From assembly GCF_009834535.1 (NCBI RefSeq), contig NC_045697.1:86740001-86804000 (forward strand): 64,000 nucleotides of DNA, written 5' to 3'. Made by a program: the position numbers and the translations under genes. Shown in pieces: positions 1 through 14,051 of the stretch (positions within the stretch are counted from its first letter, which is position 1; every line of letters begins with the position of its first letter). The stretch is from Camelus ferus (lineage: Eukaryota). A model generated the notes under the pieces. The model was not told the origin of the DNA, ran no database searches, and worked only from the letters and a program-made list of their open reading frames with translations.

Positions 1-441
1 GATGCCATAGCACAGTACTACAGACTGGGTGACTTAAACAACAGAAATTTATTTTCTCAAGTTCTGAAGGCTGAAAGTCCAAGATCAAGGTGTCAGCAGG
101 TTTGGTGTCTTCTGAGGTCTTTCTCCCTTGGCTTGCAGATCACTGAACTCTTCTTATAAGAACACTAGGGTGGGTGGGTACAGCTCAGTGGTAGAGCACA
201 TACTTAGCATGCACAAGGACCTGGGTTCAATCCCCAGTACCTCCATAAAAAAACAATAGCAAGAAAACAAAAAACAGTCAGATTGGTTTAAGGCCCACTC
301 CACTCTTTAATTTATCACCTATTTTAACTTAATCACCTCTTTGAAGGCTCTATCTTCAAATACAGTCACACCCTGAGATACTAGGGGGTTAGGGCTTCAG
401 TGTATGAATTTGGCAGGGGGGACACAGTTTAGTCCATAACA
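1..441. mobile_element. MaLR LTR (MLT1A/MST-like), interrupted by a SINE
   Basis: Typical phrases: ttaaacaacagaaatttattttctca, aagtccaagatcaaggtgtcagcagg, ggggacacagtttagtccataaca. Confidence 0.8.
168..274 (+). mobile_element. tRNA-Ala-derived SINE (camelid vic-1-like)
   Basis: A-box cagctcagtggtagagc, B-box gggttcaatcccc, 3' acctcca then A-rich tail; inserted within the LTR. Confidence 0.85.
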
Positions 442-659
442 GATGGATTTTATTATCTCTAACATTCTGAAGTGCAAGTCCAGAGGAATATGTTTCAGTT
501 GATGAACAATTCTCCTCATCCCTTCCCAGCTCTGGCTTCTGTTTAACAATCTTTCCACCTTCTACCTCCAAATCACTGAGGGCTGTGAGGTCAGAAATGA
601 AAATCACCTGATGTATCCTTGGCACTAACAACCTTACACGGGTGACCAAAGCAGCTCTC

Positions 660-850
660 CGTGCATCCTTGGCTCCTGCCTCCACCACTAGCAAGCTGAA
701 TGGTCTTGGGCAATCTCAGTTCCTGCTCTGAAAAATGGGACCGTGATTATATTACTCTCTCAGGGCTGGTGCCAGGATTTATCAAGAAAATGCATAAAAT
801 GTGCCTAACATAGTGCTTGGCACAAAGTAAATATTCAATAAATGTTAGCT
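660..850 (+). mobile_element. MIR SINE
   Basis: ctcagttcctgctctgaaaaatggga ... acatagtgcttggcacaaagtaaatattcaataaatgttagct. Confidence 0.75.
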
Positions 851-1494
851 TTATTTCACCGTTGCTTTTTTTTTTTTTGTAAATTAGACTTTTTTTTTTT
901 TGCATTACATTCATTTTCTTTCACCTTAGTTAAAAACTGAACTTTGCAAGGCAAAACATATTTTGCTCTCCCTTTCATGTTAGTTGACATGTATAGCTAA
1001 ATTGAGAAACCCACTTGTCATCCAGTTTTTACTCACAGCTGCCCTCGTACCCTATGTGCCACCAACTCCCTTAAGCTAATAACAGGCTAATGGGAAAACA
1101 GGAGGAATGGAGTCCTTCAGGACTCACATTTCGTCTGTCAACCTAATCGTCTCCCTCTCACCCATCCTAGCACCCACTCCTGCATTAAACGTATAGATTC
1201 TACTTCCTTAATCTCTTAAAGATTTCTCTTTCCCCATAGGTGTCTCTTTCTGCCTTGGCTGGGACCTCATCACTTCTTGTGTGGTACCTCTTTAGAGCAT
1301 GACTTTCCTGGCCCTGGATGAGATCCCTTCACACCCAGTCTCTCCTCTGCTCTTGGTTTGTTTTTGCCAACATAAAATGCCTCAGTGGCTTTCTCCAGCT
1401 TTCAGGATGAACTTCAAATTTCTTAATCCATGAGGCCCTTTCCAATTTGTCCCTACTTCCCTCTTTAGGCTCCTCTTCCAAGACCCTCCTGCTA

Positions 1495-3103
1495 AAGGGA
1501 CTGGGATTATGAATGTAATTGTAATTGCACTGAATTTATAGATAAATTGAGGGGGAAATTGACTTTTAGCAATATTCAGTCTTCCAATTCATGAACATAA
1601 TACAGTTCTCCATTTACGGAGATCTTAATTTTCTCCCAACAATATTTTGAAGATTTAGTTTAGAAGTTTTGTGTCTCTTATTGAATATGATGCTAAGCAT
1701 TTTACAACTTTGATACTATAATGAATGAGATTTAAAATTTTTCGTTTCCCAGTTTTTACTGCTGGCATATATAGAATTGATTTTGTATATTGACCTTGTA
1801 TGTTGAGACCAAGATAAATTTACTTACTGGTTCCAGTAAATTTTTTTGTATTTTATGGAGTTTTCTATGTTCTCAGTCATGTCAATCTATAAATAGAAAC
1901 AGTTTTGCTTTTCCCTTCCAATGTTTGTAATTTCTATGTATTTTTTGCCTTATTATACTTGTTGAGCTTCCAAGGCAGTTTTGAATAAAAGTGATAGTAG
2001 ACATCCTTGCCTTGCTCATGACCTTAAATGTAAAGAGTTTAATAATTCACCATTAAGTTTGTCATTAGCAGTAAGTTTTTAAAAACTGCACTTCATCAGA
2101 ATAAGGAAGTTTTCTTCTATTTCAATTTGCAGAGGTTTTTTGTTGTTTTAAAATCAGGAATGGTGTTAAATTTTATCAGATGCTTTTTATGCATCTTTTA
2201 TTAAAATAATGATTTGCTTTTTCTCCTTTAATCTATTAATATGGTGAATTATATTGATTGTTTTTTAATATTAAACAATCCTTGCATTCTTTGCATGAAC
2301 TACTGTAGTTGGTCATAATCTAATAAACATATATATTGCTGGATAATATATACCAGTTTTAAAGTTTTTTTGCATTTATGTTTGTGAAGAATATTAGTCT
2401 GTGATTTTATTTTCTCAAAAGATTTTTCTCAGATTTTAGAATGTGGATTATGCTGACCTCATAAGTTTGGAAGTATTCTTTCATCCTCTGTTTTCTAAAA
2501 GAGTTCGTGCAAACGTGTTATAACTTCCTCCATAAACAATTGATAGAATTCACTAGGAAAGCCATCTGGGCCTGGAGTGTTCCTTGTGAGACATTTTTTT
2601 CTTTAATAGATACAGAGCTTTTCAGCTATTCTTTGTCTTTTTGTGTCCATTTTGGTAAACTTATCTTTCAAGGAATTTGTCCATTTCATCTCATTTTTAA
2701 AAATTTATTGATATAAAGTATTTTAAATAATATTTACTTGTTATACTGTCTGTGGAATCTGTAGTGATTTCTCCTCTTTTATTCATATTGGTTATGTATA
2801 CTTTCTTTTTCGTTCATCAGTCTTGCTAGGGATATGTCAATTTTATTAATCTTTTCAGGGAATAAATTTTTGGCTCTTCTTGGTTTTCTCTATTTGTCTG
2901 GTTATTTCATTGATTTCTACTTTTTTCTTCATTATTTTCTTCCCTCTACTTACTTTGGATTTATTTTGCTCCTCTTTGTCTAGCTTCTTAATGTGGAATC
3001 TTAGATAACTGATTTTAGACCTTTTTTCTTTTCTAATAAAAGTATATAATGCTAAAAATTTCCTTCTACACATTGCTTTAACTACATCCCACAATTTTGA
3101 TGT

Positions 3104-3139
<36 letters not shown>

Positions 3140-4440
3140 TAAAATATTTTCTAATACCTCTTGTGATTTCTTCTTTGATTCATGGGTTATTTAGAAGTCA
3201 GTTTCTTAATTTCCAAATATTTGGAACGTATCTAGACATCTTAGTAGTAATAATGTCTATTTTAATTTCATTGTGGTAAAATATGTATATACTCTAAGGT
3301 TTTGAGATATATTTCTTTTGAGATTTATTTTAAGACTGAGGATGCGGCCTATCTTGGTGACTGTTTCATGCACACTTAAAAAGAATATGTACTTTGAAGT
3401 TGTTGGGTATATGATTTGTAAAGAGCAGTTAGATCAAGTTGGTTGATAGTGTTGTTCAGATCTTCTGTATACTCAATGTTCTATCAGTTACTGAGGGAAG
3501 TGTGTTAAAATACCTATTTGTCCCTTTAGTTTTGTCAGTATTTGTTTCATCTGTTTTGAAATTCTACATTAGATGTATACACCATCCTAACTGTTATGTC
3601 TTCTTAATGAAGTTATCTTTTTATTATTATGAAATATTCATTTCTTTTACTGGTAATATTTCTTGTTTTGAAATCTATTTTGTCTGATATTAACACCTTC
3701 TTATACTTAGTTTCTTATACCCTTTTCCATTCCTTTACTTTGAATCTGTCTGATTTTATATTTACAGGATGTCTCTTGTAGAAAGCATGTGGTTATGTCT
3801 TATTTTTAATGCAACCTAACAGTCTCTGCTTTAAAATAGAAGGTTTAGTCTATTTTCATTTAGTGGAATTAGTTATATGTTGGTGGATTTAAGTCTGTCA
3901 TTTTCCTACGTGTTTTCTTTCTCCTATCTGCTTTTTGTTCTTATATTCCTTCTTTCCTGTCCTTTTTTAGGTTAGTCATTTTTTACTATTCCATTTTAAG
4001 TCTCCCAATTTTAGCTATTTTTTGAATCTTTTTTAGTTGCTACTAAGATTACAACATGCATCCTCAACTTATCATAGCCTATGTAGAGTTAATATTGTGC
4101 CATTTTGTATTAAATTTAAGAACCCTGAAACAATGTAATTCAATTTACCACTATACCATCTTATGTGCTGCTGTTGTCATATGTTTTTTATAATCTCCAC
4201 AATAAGATGTTATAATTTTTGGCATTAAACAGGTATTTTTCTTTCAAAGAAATTACAAGAAGAAAAAAATATGCTATTTTATATTTTCATATATCTGCTG
4301 TTTCCAGTGGTTATTTATTCTTTCCTGTATATCTGAGTTTTCATCTGCTATCACTTCCTTTAGTTAGAATTTCTTTTAATAGTTCTTGTAGGAATTCTAT
4401 AGGCTTTTGTTTATTTGAGAATGCCTTTTTGCCTTCACTT
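1495..4440 (-). mobile_element. Old degenerate LINE-1 (ORF2 region)
   Basis: ORF 2855..3094(-) WDVVKAMCRRKFLALYTFIRKEKRSKISYLRFHIKKLDKEEQ resembles the L1 ORF2p post-endonuclease region. T-rich antisense L1 composition throughout. Boundaries approximate. Confidence 0.85.
3105..3135. repeat. (ATT)n microsatellite
   Basis: About 10 TAT/ATT units. Confidence 0.9.
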
Positions 4441-4919
4441 TTGATAAAGCATGAAAAGCTACTATTTATAGTTTGCTGAAAATCAAAAGCAGGCAAAAAG
4501 TGAAGAAGTTTGACTCTTGAATGAAGGAAACTATACTGAGTGCTCCATTTATGTGACTTTTATCTTGAGGGCTCCTTCAATCCATAAGGTGGGGTGCAAC
4601 CAGAACTCAGTCAGAAGGCTTCAGTCTATTGATTTGAGTTGTCACAAGACATAATTTAGAATGTTATAGTAGCTGGGAATTGAGGGAGGGAAGACCAAAA
4701 ATGGGAGAGCCACAATTAGGAAACGTCTAAATTGGCACATATTCTGCTTCAAGTCCTTGGATGGTCCCTGAACTATCCACTGGGCTCTTTGAAGTCTTCT
4801 CTGTATGTGCAGAGTTCAGGGACCATGCAAGGTTTTGAAGCAGTTTAATCTGTGGGAGAGTTGGTTGAATAAAAACTACTCCGCCATTCAGAACAAGAGT
4901 TTTCCTATTATATTTTGAA

Positions 4920-5090
4920 CATTCACCTATCACAGAATGTCTTATTATACTATAATTATGAATATAATTACATGTCTCTCTCAGTAGACTTTGAACTCTT
5001 TAGGATATGATCTACTTATTCAGGTCTCCCTAATGCCTATTACAGTGTCTGGCACATTGTGCTCAATAAATGTTAACTGAATAAATAAAC
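4920..5090 (+). mobile_element. L2 3' end
   Basis: acagtgtctggcacattgtgctcaataaatgttaactgaataaataaa, an L2-type terminus. Confidence 0.65.
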
Positions 5091-6024
5091 TTAATAAAAC
5101 TAACAAGTTTGACCACCAGGGTGGGAGGGACTGCCTTTTTAGCAGTTCTCGTATGGAACATTGGTTTTCTCAGGCCAGTCACTTGAAGAGTGTCCTGAGA
5201 ATCACAGGAGAAAATTATGCTCCTCTTTTCTCTAGGCTCAGTGATTTTGCCATTAATTTATAGTGATGTCAATAATAAAAACCAGCCCTTTGGCAATTAG
5301 TCCCAAATTACGGATTAACATAGTAAATAGGAAATAATGATACATTATTTCTTATTTTATTTTTAAAATGATTATAGTAAACCTCTGACTTGAAATAGCA
5401 GATATGATGGCCATGGCCCTTCTCACTCCTGCAGGCAGGAATACGAAAAAATACTTTTCAGTCCAGCCCGAGTGAATTTCCTAGCTCTGTGGAGCAGCCA
5501 TGCACTCGAGATAAGAAAAAATGGAAGGTATGACCTCAGATTCTATTTGTTGTAATATGATGCTGACCAGTACTTGATAAAGTAGTGTTTCCTGATTGTC
5601 AGAGAGAACGTAAACGGTGCAAATAGTTGTGGGATCTCAGAACTTTTTACTCAGTGTAACGCTTCTACATGGTTCTGGTCCTTTCTGCTGTTTCCGTGGT
5701 AATATAGCCTTTACTACAAGGCATGTGTAGGTTGGCGGCTAGGGACAGGCTGCATCTCGGGCTCCGTCACCTGCAAGGGACCATCCTACTGTCAAGAGCT
5801 AATTCTGGCTGGCAGCTTTCATAACCTTGTTTTCAAAGGTAAATGGAGGGGATTCTACATTTTTGTTTTCCACAGATGGTTAGCCAGAGGGAGTACTGTT
5901 AGATGGAGTTTCACACCTCAATTTTATTTAACCAAAGGTTTGGTAAAGGATCAGGATATTATCTCACTTTTATAAAAGTTATTTTTAAGGTAATTTAAAG
6001 TGCTGGCATTGAAGAGTCTATTAA

Positions 6025-6490
6025 GTCTAATTTAAGGCTCTTTTGGTCAGAAGTGACAAAAATACAATTGGAACTAGTTTATCTATGAGGAGAGGATTCA
6101 TTGTGTTACATGATTCAGCTTCATGGTGAACCTTCAGGCATAATCTCTCTCTCTCTCTTTCACTCTGCTTTTCTCTGTGCTCAGAAATCACTCCCCAAAG
6201 ATGACTACTGGCAGCTCCAGCCTAAATCCTGTATCAGCTTAACAACCCCAGTAGGAAGAGACCATTTCTCTAAATAATTACAACAGAAGTTACAGGAAGG
6301 CCTCTCCATGCTCTGGCTTGTGTTACGTCCCTACCTGTGGAGCTGGGGAGGGGGTGAGACCACCCCCAGTTGACCGCAAGGACTGAGAGTTGGTCAAGAA
6401 TTGATTCCCAAATGAAAAGAAGGGTTCTAACAGCAGAGGAAGGAGAAGAGACGCTAGGCCATCAAAAACAAGGGGTTGTGGATCCTTGCT
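6025..6490. mobile_element. Old MaLR LTR (MLT1J/K/L-like)
   Basis: ggctcttttggtcagaagtgacaaaaatacaattggaactag ... ctggcagctccagcct ... ttccccaaatgaaaa-type motifs. Confidence 0.55.
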
Positions 6491-8332
6491 GGCTGGTTGG
6501 TTGCTCCTCAGCTGTGCTGAGGAGGGCTGCATTACACAGAAGATACTGGTAAACTTTGAGAAGGAGGAGGTGTGACCAGAGGCTGCTAAAAAAGATGGTT
6601 TATCTGATGTGTTTAATTAACGTGCTGCAACCTCAAGTCTTTCTTCTGTGTCAATCCCTAGGAACACTTTTGGACCTATTAGGAAACTTTGAATTAAAAT
6701 ACAATTCAGTGAGGCCAAGGTTGTGGAAAAGAGGGTCCCCCATGAGCCATTATTCATCGTGAAAGAAATCCCTTGAACGGGATGAGGTGAACGAGAACTC
6801 AGCACAAGCTAATGGTCACTAGTGGCAGACTAAGTCTGAAAACAAGCTCCTCCATTGTCAAATGTGTAAACACTTTAGAAGGGACTTTCTGACTTATTTA
6901 TCTTTGTGAGCCGTCTGTGATGTTAGAGGTGCTGGAATTATTACAACTATTTCACAGGTGAGGAAATCCGCAGTGCATTTCTGGCTTCATCCTAAATGAA
7001 GGACAAAGGGTAACAGTGTCCTGGCTAAAGGACCCCAACTAGATTAAGGTCACTTTCCCAGAAGCCAGTGGCCAGGCACTCTGCCCATTCAGGATCCTGA
7101 GAATTCTCTCAGCTGCTCGTGTGTGAGCGAGACAGTGGCTAACATCACCAGGGCAGGTTTCAAACAATCCTGTTCTTCTTACACTGAGTTCTGTAGGTCC
7201 AAGGAGGAATGGTCTTCCTGGTCCCAAAGCTCCTTTTAGAAATGATTTCGGTAGTGGAAATATCTCTGAAGTCCAGGAATGAAAGAACTGAGAAAACATT
7301 TCAAGGTTTATACCATTTGCTTTTGTGTGGAGTGACAAGGTGAATTTGGGTGTCTGTATGTATTTGCATTGTTTCGATAGGTGGCAGCATGTCCTCTCCT
7401 TAAAAGGTTATCTTTTTAAAAGGACATATTCGATGATAAGCTCTGTCAGGAAATGAAGAGGTGCTAATAATAATAAAGGCAAATAGGAAATGTTCCCTGT
7501 GATTCACTATGAATACATTGCTCATGGTCACGACTCAAGTCATTGATCAGGCTTTGATCCACTAGCAGTAACTTCAGAGCAAAAGTTGTATCATAACATT
7601 TTGCATTCTAATGCTGTTTAGTTCTCTCTGCGTCAGGGACTTGGCCTATGGGAAAAGCTTTGCCAGACAGCACTAAGCACTTTCCCACCCATAATGTTGT
7701 GAATGATTGTTTCCAACCTGGCCACACCTGCCCTTCTCCACTGTTCTGAGTGACCAGCTCCAAACTCTTTTCTCTTTTCAGGATTGATTTCTCCATCAAC
7801 AGATATGTTTTAATTCCATTCACAATGGCATTTCTCCCAAGGAATGGTTGATTTCAACTGAATTTTAAAAAAAAAAAGTGGGCGGGGAGACTTACTAGAA
7901 GCTTCAAATCCACCAACTGCCCTACATTCTGTGAATAAGAATATTCTAATCAGGAAAAATCTATTCTGTTTGTAGCATGGAGTGATGGCTGCCCTGGGGC
8001 AGGGATAGGTTGGTAAGGAGGGGTAGCAGGTCCTCCTCGGCATGCCCATCAGTAGTATCACATGCTTGCCCTTGAGAGCTCACTCTTTGTGCTGCAGATT
8101 TGTTTATCCCCACTGGGTTCCTTTAGGTTAAGGGGGCTTTTGAGAATTAAGTTGTGCCCTCCCCAAAAGAGATAACCTATATAAAATATATACCATAAAT
8201 ACATATATAATTACATATGAGCAAATATATCCTAACTTTCCTGAAACTACATCATTTTGATAAGAAAATTAATCTTTGCCCTAAGCCACCTTCTTATTTA
8301 AAAAAACAAACTTTAAAAAAAATCATTCTTTC

Positions 8333-8741
8333 TGTAGTAGACTGTTGGTGCCTGCCCAGATGCCCTTGGATCCTTTTCACCAGCACTGTGTGCCCATCCC
8401 ATCTGTGCACTTTGATGACATGGGACACTCAGAGGCTGGTCCTTAGGCACTGGAGCAGCTTCACTGTGTCCTGAGGCTCCGCAGACATAACCGGTGGTTG
8501 GTTGCAGAAGTACAGAAGCCCAGTCCCTTGCATTCCAGGCAGAACTAACAGCTCTCCAGGGCGCCCTGCAGGGTTAAGTTGAATCTGGGGCTTCTCCTGA
8601 ATTTACACCCAGGCCTGCATTTCTCCTTCCAGTCCTGCTTTCCCCATTCCCTTTCCGGTTTTCCTGGCATTTTCTTAGTAAACCACTGGCACTGGAATCC
8701 TTGACTCAGGTTCTACTTCTGGGAAAACCCAATCAAGGATA
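8333..8741 (+). mobile_element. ERVL LTR (LTR16-like)
   Basis: Starts tgtagtagactgttggtgcc; ends aatccttgactcaggttctacttctgggaaaacccaatcaaggata. Confidence 0.6.
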
Positions 8742-9159
8742 CTTACTGTTTTCTCTTCTCTCTCTCTTCCTTTGTCTGTCTTTCTCTCATTCTTTCTCTT
8801 TTCTTTCATAAGTTAGATTTGGGAATTTTCTTGAATTAAGATTATAGGGGAAAAACACACAACAACACAAACTTTCTCCTCCCAACTGACCATCTCTCAG
8901 CCTAACAGGAAGATTGTAGCATGATCAGGGCTAGTTTAAAAAGATAATTTTAAAGGTGTTATTTTTTAACTGGGGTACCACAACTTCAGCCTTCCTCTGT
9001 AGCAATTTCTGGTTTTTTTCTTCACTCTCCTCCCTGTTACTGCTTAGCTAACTGTTTTCCCTCTCCATTGCCTCCTCTATTGTTTGCATTTCTAGAAGTG
9101 CCGTATATCATTCATCTGATAAAGAGGATTTCTTTAAAACACCTTTTTCTCTCATTTAG

Positions 9160-9510
9160 GTTCAACTTTTTATTGAATTATACATAGAGAAAATGTTGTA
9201 AGTCATAAACTCACTAAATACCTCCTCCTGGGTCAAGAAATGTAGCATTACTGGAACCCCAGGAGCACCCCATCATTTTTTCTCTCAATTACTAGCCTCA
9301 TTCTCCCCAAGGATAACTACCCTCAGCCTTCTAATACTGTCTGTTAGTTTTCCTGTTTGGGAACCTCATATAAATGGAATCATTAAATACATATTCTCTT
9401 ATGTCTGGCATCTTTTATTTAGCCTTATGTTTCTGGGATTCAGCCATGTAGCTACTATTCCTTTATCTATTACTGTATTGAATTCTTTTATACGATTATT
9501 CCAAATCTAT
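9160..9510 (-). mobile_element. Old L1 (L1ME-like) 3' end
   Basis: gaacctcatataaatggaatcattaaatacatattctc...tggcatcttttatttagcctta, a typical antisense L1M 3'UTR. Confidence 0.65.
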
Positions 9511-9744
9511 TCCTTTTTTAAGCAAATAATTCATCCTATTAAAAACATCTCCAGAATTCTCTTTCTGTTATAAAAAAAAAAAAAAAGCCCATCTTTTGGT
9601 GCTATCTTTGTTGTCAGGACCTCGGAGAGAATTAAATTGTTGCAAAAAGGAAATGACTTGGAAACAGTACAATAATGTGCTCATAATTTAGTAGTACATA
9701 TCATCTCTCTGTCCTGGCCATAAAATGTCAGCACTGCCTTGACT

Positions 9745-9908
9745 CAGTGGTTCTCAGCCCTGATTACACACCAGAATCACCTGGAGAGTTTTACATACCA
9801 CCAATGCACAGGCCCTCAGACATTCTGATTTTATTTTAATGAAATACCCAGTAGTGTTTTTAATAAGCTCCCCAGATGACTCTAATGCATGCCGGGCTGA
9901 GAACCACT
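9745..9908. mobile_element. MER5-type hAT-Charlie MITE
   Basis: TIRs CAGTGGTTCTCA / TGAGAACCACT; internal agaatcacctggagag and ctccccagatgactctaatgca. Confidence 0.8.
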
Positions 9909-10759
9909 TGCCAATTTGTTGACACTTATTAGAGAATTCATTTGACCTGAAGCCCATTTCAACACTATCTCAGAGTTTTCTCTCAGGCTTTTTTTGTAAT
10001 CACATGACTGCTGCTGAACTTCATGTTATTCCTCACTTAACCTCATTGAAACCAAGGAAAAGATTGAATGTAGGTATCCATCCTATTTCAAATTGCTCTC
10101 TCATCTGCCTCACAACGCCCCGCCCACCCCACCCAAGCCCTTCTCTCTGGTTGTGTTTCTCTGTAGCGTTTCTCCATAGCACTTTACCATCTCATTCAGA
10201 ACCAAAGAAAACTAAAGAAAGTGAGAAAAATAAAATAATTTGTAACATGCAAGGAAGCCTTCTTGAAAAAAATAAAATATTCATTATGAACGAAGATGGA
10301 AAAGACCTCGTTAGGGACTCATTAATGGGTGTATGGATGCTTTATATTTTCTGTTTTTGTAAGGGGAGAAGGGATATCATATGGAAGAGTTTCAGTGGTA
10401 TGATTGGGAAACATCAAAATGCTTTATCTACAAGTAAAGGAACTCTAGACAATAAAACCCCAGAAGTTTTCTTAAGAAAAATATTTTTGCTAAAATTTTA
10501 ATGATAAGTAGAATGTTTCCATTTTTATCTTCCAAATTTTGGATCGTTGAAGGCCAACTTCAAAAATAAAGAGATGTGGGTACATCAGATAAGAGGATGG
10601 GGGGAAATTTGCAGAAAACACATGATACCGAGAGGCCAGGGAGAAGCTCTAAGGGAAAAAACCATTAGTACACCACTTGCATAATAAAAAGAAAACAAAC
10701 TGTGCACTGGGGATTAAAACCCTATGGGAGACCTCCAGTGTCAACCATCATAGAACCCA

Positions 10760-12396
10760 TCAATTCTTTCTACAAATATTTAATGAGCTCTTTCTATGTT
10801 CAAGGCATGGTTCTAGGTGCTAGATATATAGCAGTGAACAAAACAGAACAAATCTCTGTAAAATTGAGCTTACATTCTAGTGGAGGACACAGACAATAAA
10901 CATGTAAATTATTAAAATATGTATGTCCAGGATGGTAAGTACTATGGAGAAAAATAAAATAAGGGAGAGGTTGCAATTTAAAATACAGTGGTGGTCAGAG
11001 AAGACCTGGTGGAGAAGATGACAGCTGAACATGGACATGTAGGAGGTGAGACAGTGGACCACATGGACATTCCGAAAGAGAGCATTCCAGAGGAAGGAAC
11101 AGAAAAGTACAAATGGCTTAGGAGTGTTGGAGAAAGGAAAGCATGTCAGTGTGACTGGATTTGCGCAAGAAGAGTGAAACCGAGCTTAGAGAGATGGGAG
11201 GGTAGAGGGGACATGACCATATAGCCCCTGTTGTAGGACTCAGGCTTTACCTTGAATGAGATGAGAGCCATTGGAAGATTTTGAGCTGGAGGGTAACATA
11301 TTCTGATGAGTTTTTAAAGGGTCATTCAGGTTGCTTTGTTGCAAATAGATTTTGGTGAGGGGCAAGGACAAAAGCAGGAAAACTATTTGGGAAGATATTA
11401 CAATCATCTGGGTGAGAGATTGTGGTGGCCTCAATAAAGTGGGACTGGAGATGTTAGCAAATAGTTGGAGTCTAGAGATATTTTAAGAACAGTTGGCAGT
11501 TATCACTGGCTTTGGTGATAATTCAATTGAACATGAAAGAGAAGGAGAAATGTCAAGGAAAATTTCCACACATAATTATATATTTAGTTCGATTCAATTA
11601 TGTAAACATTTGTTTTCTACTGTAGGTTTTCTAGCATATACAAGGCACTGTGCTAGCAAAATGCAATTCCTTCTGCCAAAGGGCTTATATTGTAGAAAGA
11701 GAAACAGACATATAAATCAGTAAATTTGTGTACACCACATTAAATCTAATAATCATAGTATGTTCAATTTCTGAAAGTGGAGAGAGATTAACACTGTCAG
11801 AGAGATGGAGTAAGATGATGATGAAAATCTTTCTAGAGGAAGTGATGACTAAGCTGATTATTGATGGACACATGAGGGGTTTTCTGGGTGCTAAGGAAGA
11901 GGGTAGAGAAGTAGTGTTCCCGGGGGAGGTCACTGCAAGTACAAAGGCACAGAGAAACAAAACAGCATGATGTGTCCAGGGAAATAGAAGTAGATTGGAT
12001 TGGCTGGAATCTGAAGTTCAAGGTGAAGAGAGGCTGGGAACTGAGTGGAGCAGATGATAAAGGGTTTTACATACCATGTTTCATTCCTGGGCTATCCAAA
12101 GGAGAGCCAGTGAAAGGTTTTAAATAATGGAGAGTTGTGATCAGACTTAAATTTTATAAAGTATCATTCTGGTGGCCACGCAGAGATAGATTGGAAAGAG
12201 AAGAAGGCAAGAGGCTAAAAACCCAACCGAAAGTTATTGCAACCATTGCTGAAAACCTGAATTAAGGCAATGGCAGAGGGAGTAGGAAAAAGGAAGGATT
12301 TAAGAGCTAGAAATAGCAAAGCCCAAAGCTAATTGGTTATAGTGTATGAGAGAGAAGGCAGAGTCTTGGAGGCTGGGAAATGCATTCCCATCAATT
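10760..12396 (-). mobile_element. Two L2 LINE fragments
   Basis: acaaatatttaatgagc...caaggcatggttctaggtgct at ~10770, and a second L2 3' end at ~11590; purine-rich antisense L2 body. Confidence 0.75.
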
Positions 12397-12413
12397 AAGA
12401 TTAGAGAATACTG

Positions 12414-14051
12414 CCATCATGGCATTGTTTACAATAGCCGAAATACAGAAGCAACCCAAGTGCCTATCAACAGATGCATGGATTAAGAAGATGTGGTGAG
12501 AAAACCTACAGAATGGGAGAAAATTTTTGCAAGTGAAACCGACAAAGGCTTGATCTCCAGAATATATAAGCAGCTCATACGACTCAATAAGAAAAAAATA
12601 AACAACCCAATCCAAAAATGGGCAGAAGACCTAAACAAGCAATTCTCCAAGGAAGACATACAAATGATCAAAAAGCACATGAAAAAATGCTCAATATCAC
12701 TAATTATCAGAGAAATGCAAATCAAAACTACAATGAGGTATCACCTCACACCAGTCAGAATGGCCGTCATTCAAAAATCCACAAGTGACAAATGCTGGAG
12801 AGGCTGTGGAGAAAGGGGAACCCTCCTACACTGCTGGTGGGAATGCAGTTTGGTGCAGCCACTATGGAAAACAGTGTGGAGATTCCTCAAAAGACTAGGA
12901 ATAGACTTACCATGTGACCCAGGAATCCCACTCCTGGGCTTGTATCCAGAAGGAAATCTACTTCAGGATGACACCTGCACCCCAATATTCATAGCAGCAC
13001 TATTTACAATAGCCAAAACATGGAAACAGCCTAAATGTCCATCAACAGGTGACTGGATAAAGAAGAGGTGGTATATTTATACAATGGAATACTACTCAGC
13101 CATAAAAACCGACAACATAATGCCATTTGCAGCAACATGGATGCTCCTGGAGAATGTCATTCTAAGTGAAGTAAGCCAGAAAGAGAAAGAAAAATACCAT
13201 ATGAGATCGCTCATATGTGGAATCTAAAAAACAAAAACAAAAACAAACAAACAAACAAAAACAAAGCGTAAATAAAGGACAGAAATAGACTCACAGACAG
13301 AGAATACAGACTTGTGGTTACCAGGGGGGTGGAGGGTGGGAAGGGATAGACTGGGATTTCAAAATTGTAGAATAGACTACACTGTATAGCACAGGGAAAT
13401 ATACATTATACACAAAATGTTATGATAACTCACAGAGAAAAAAATGTGACAATGAGTGTATATATGTCCATGAATAACTGAAAAATTGTGCTGAACACTG
13501 GAATTTGACACAACATTGTAAAATGATTATAAATCAATAAAAAACGTTAAAAAAAAAAAAGAAGATGTGGTGTATATATCTGTGGAATACTACTCAGCCA
13601 TAAAAAGGATGAAAGGATGGAATCTTTACTTATTTATTTATTTTTTTTGCAACAGTGAAGATGGGCCTTAGGGGTATTTATGCTGAGTGAAATAAGTCAG
13701 TCAGAGAAAGGCAAATACAATATGATTTCACTCAGATGTGGAATATAAAAAACAGAAAAGCAAACCAAAATCAAAATATGTGAGCATATCAAACAAAACA
13801 CAATATAGAGAACAGAATAGTGGTTACTGGAGGGGAAGAGGCAGGAAAGGGAAGGTGAAATGGGTAAAGGGGGTCAATCGTATGGCGACAGGTGGTAACT
13901 AAATTTTTGGTGGTGAGCACGCTGTAGTGTATACAGAAGTAGAAATATAATATTGTACACATTTTACTTATATAATGTTATAAACCAGTTACCTCAATAA
14001 AAAATAATTCTAAAAAAAAGAAAAATTAAAAACTGATAGAAATGGAAGAAC
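12414..14051 (+). mobile_element. 5'-truncated L1 (older), host of a younger L1
   Basis: ORF2 C-terminal remnant, 3'UTR, aataaa and A tail. Flanked by a 17-bp TSD aagattagagaatactg (12397-12413) / aagattaggcaatactg (14052-14068). Confidence 0.85.
12499..13558 (+). mobile_element. Young 5'-truncated L1 with uninterrupted ORF2 C-terminal region
   Basis: ORF to 13227 includes [19 protein letters not shown] (ORF2p Cys-rich domain), then 3'UTR, AATAAA and poly(A). Perfect 14-bp TSD AAGAAGATGTGGTG at 12485-12498 and 13559-13572. Confidence 0.95.

Noticed and set aside
10004..10501. 165-aa ORF
   Set aside because: No recognisable homology, composition typical of non-coding DNA, and no supporting splice structure.
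12493..13227. 244-aa ORF, the longest in the window
   Set aside because: It is the L1 ORF2p C-terminal fragment of a 5'-truncated insertion; the listed start is a GTG inside the TSD. Not a host gene.
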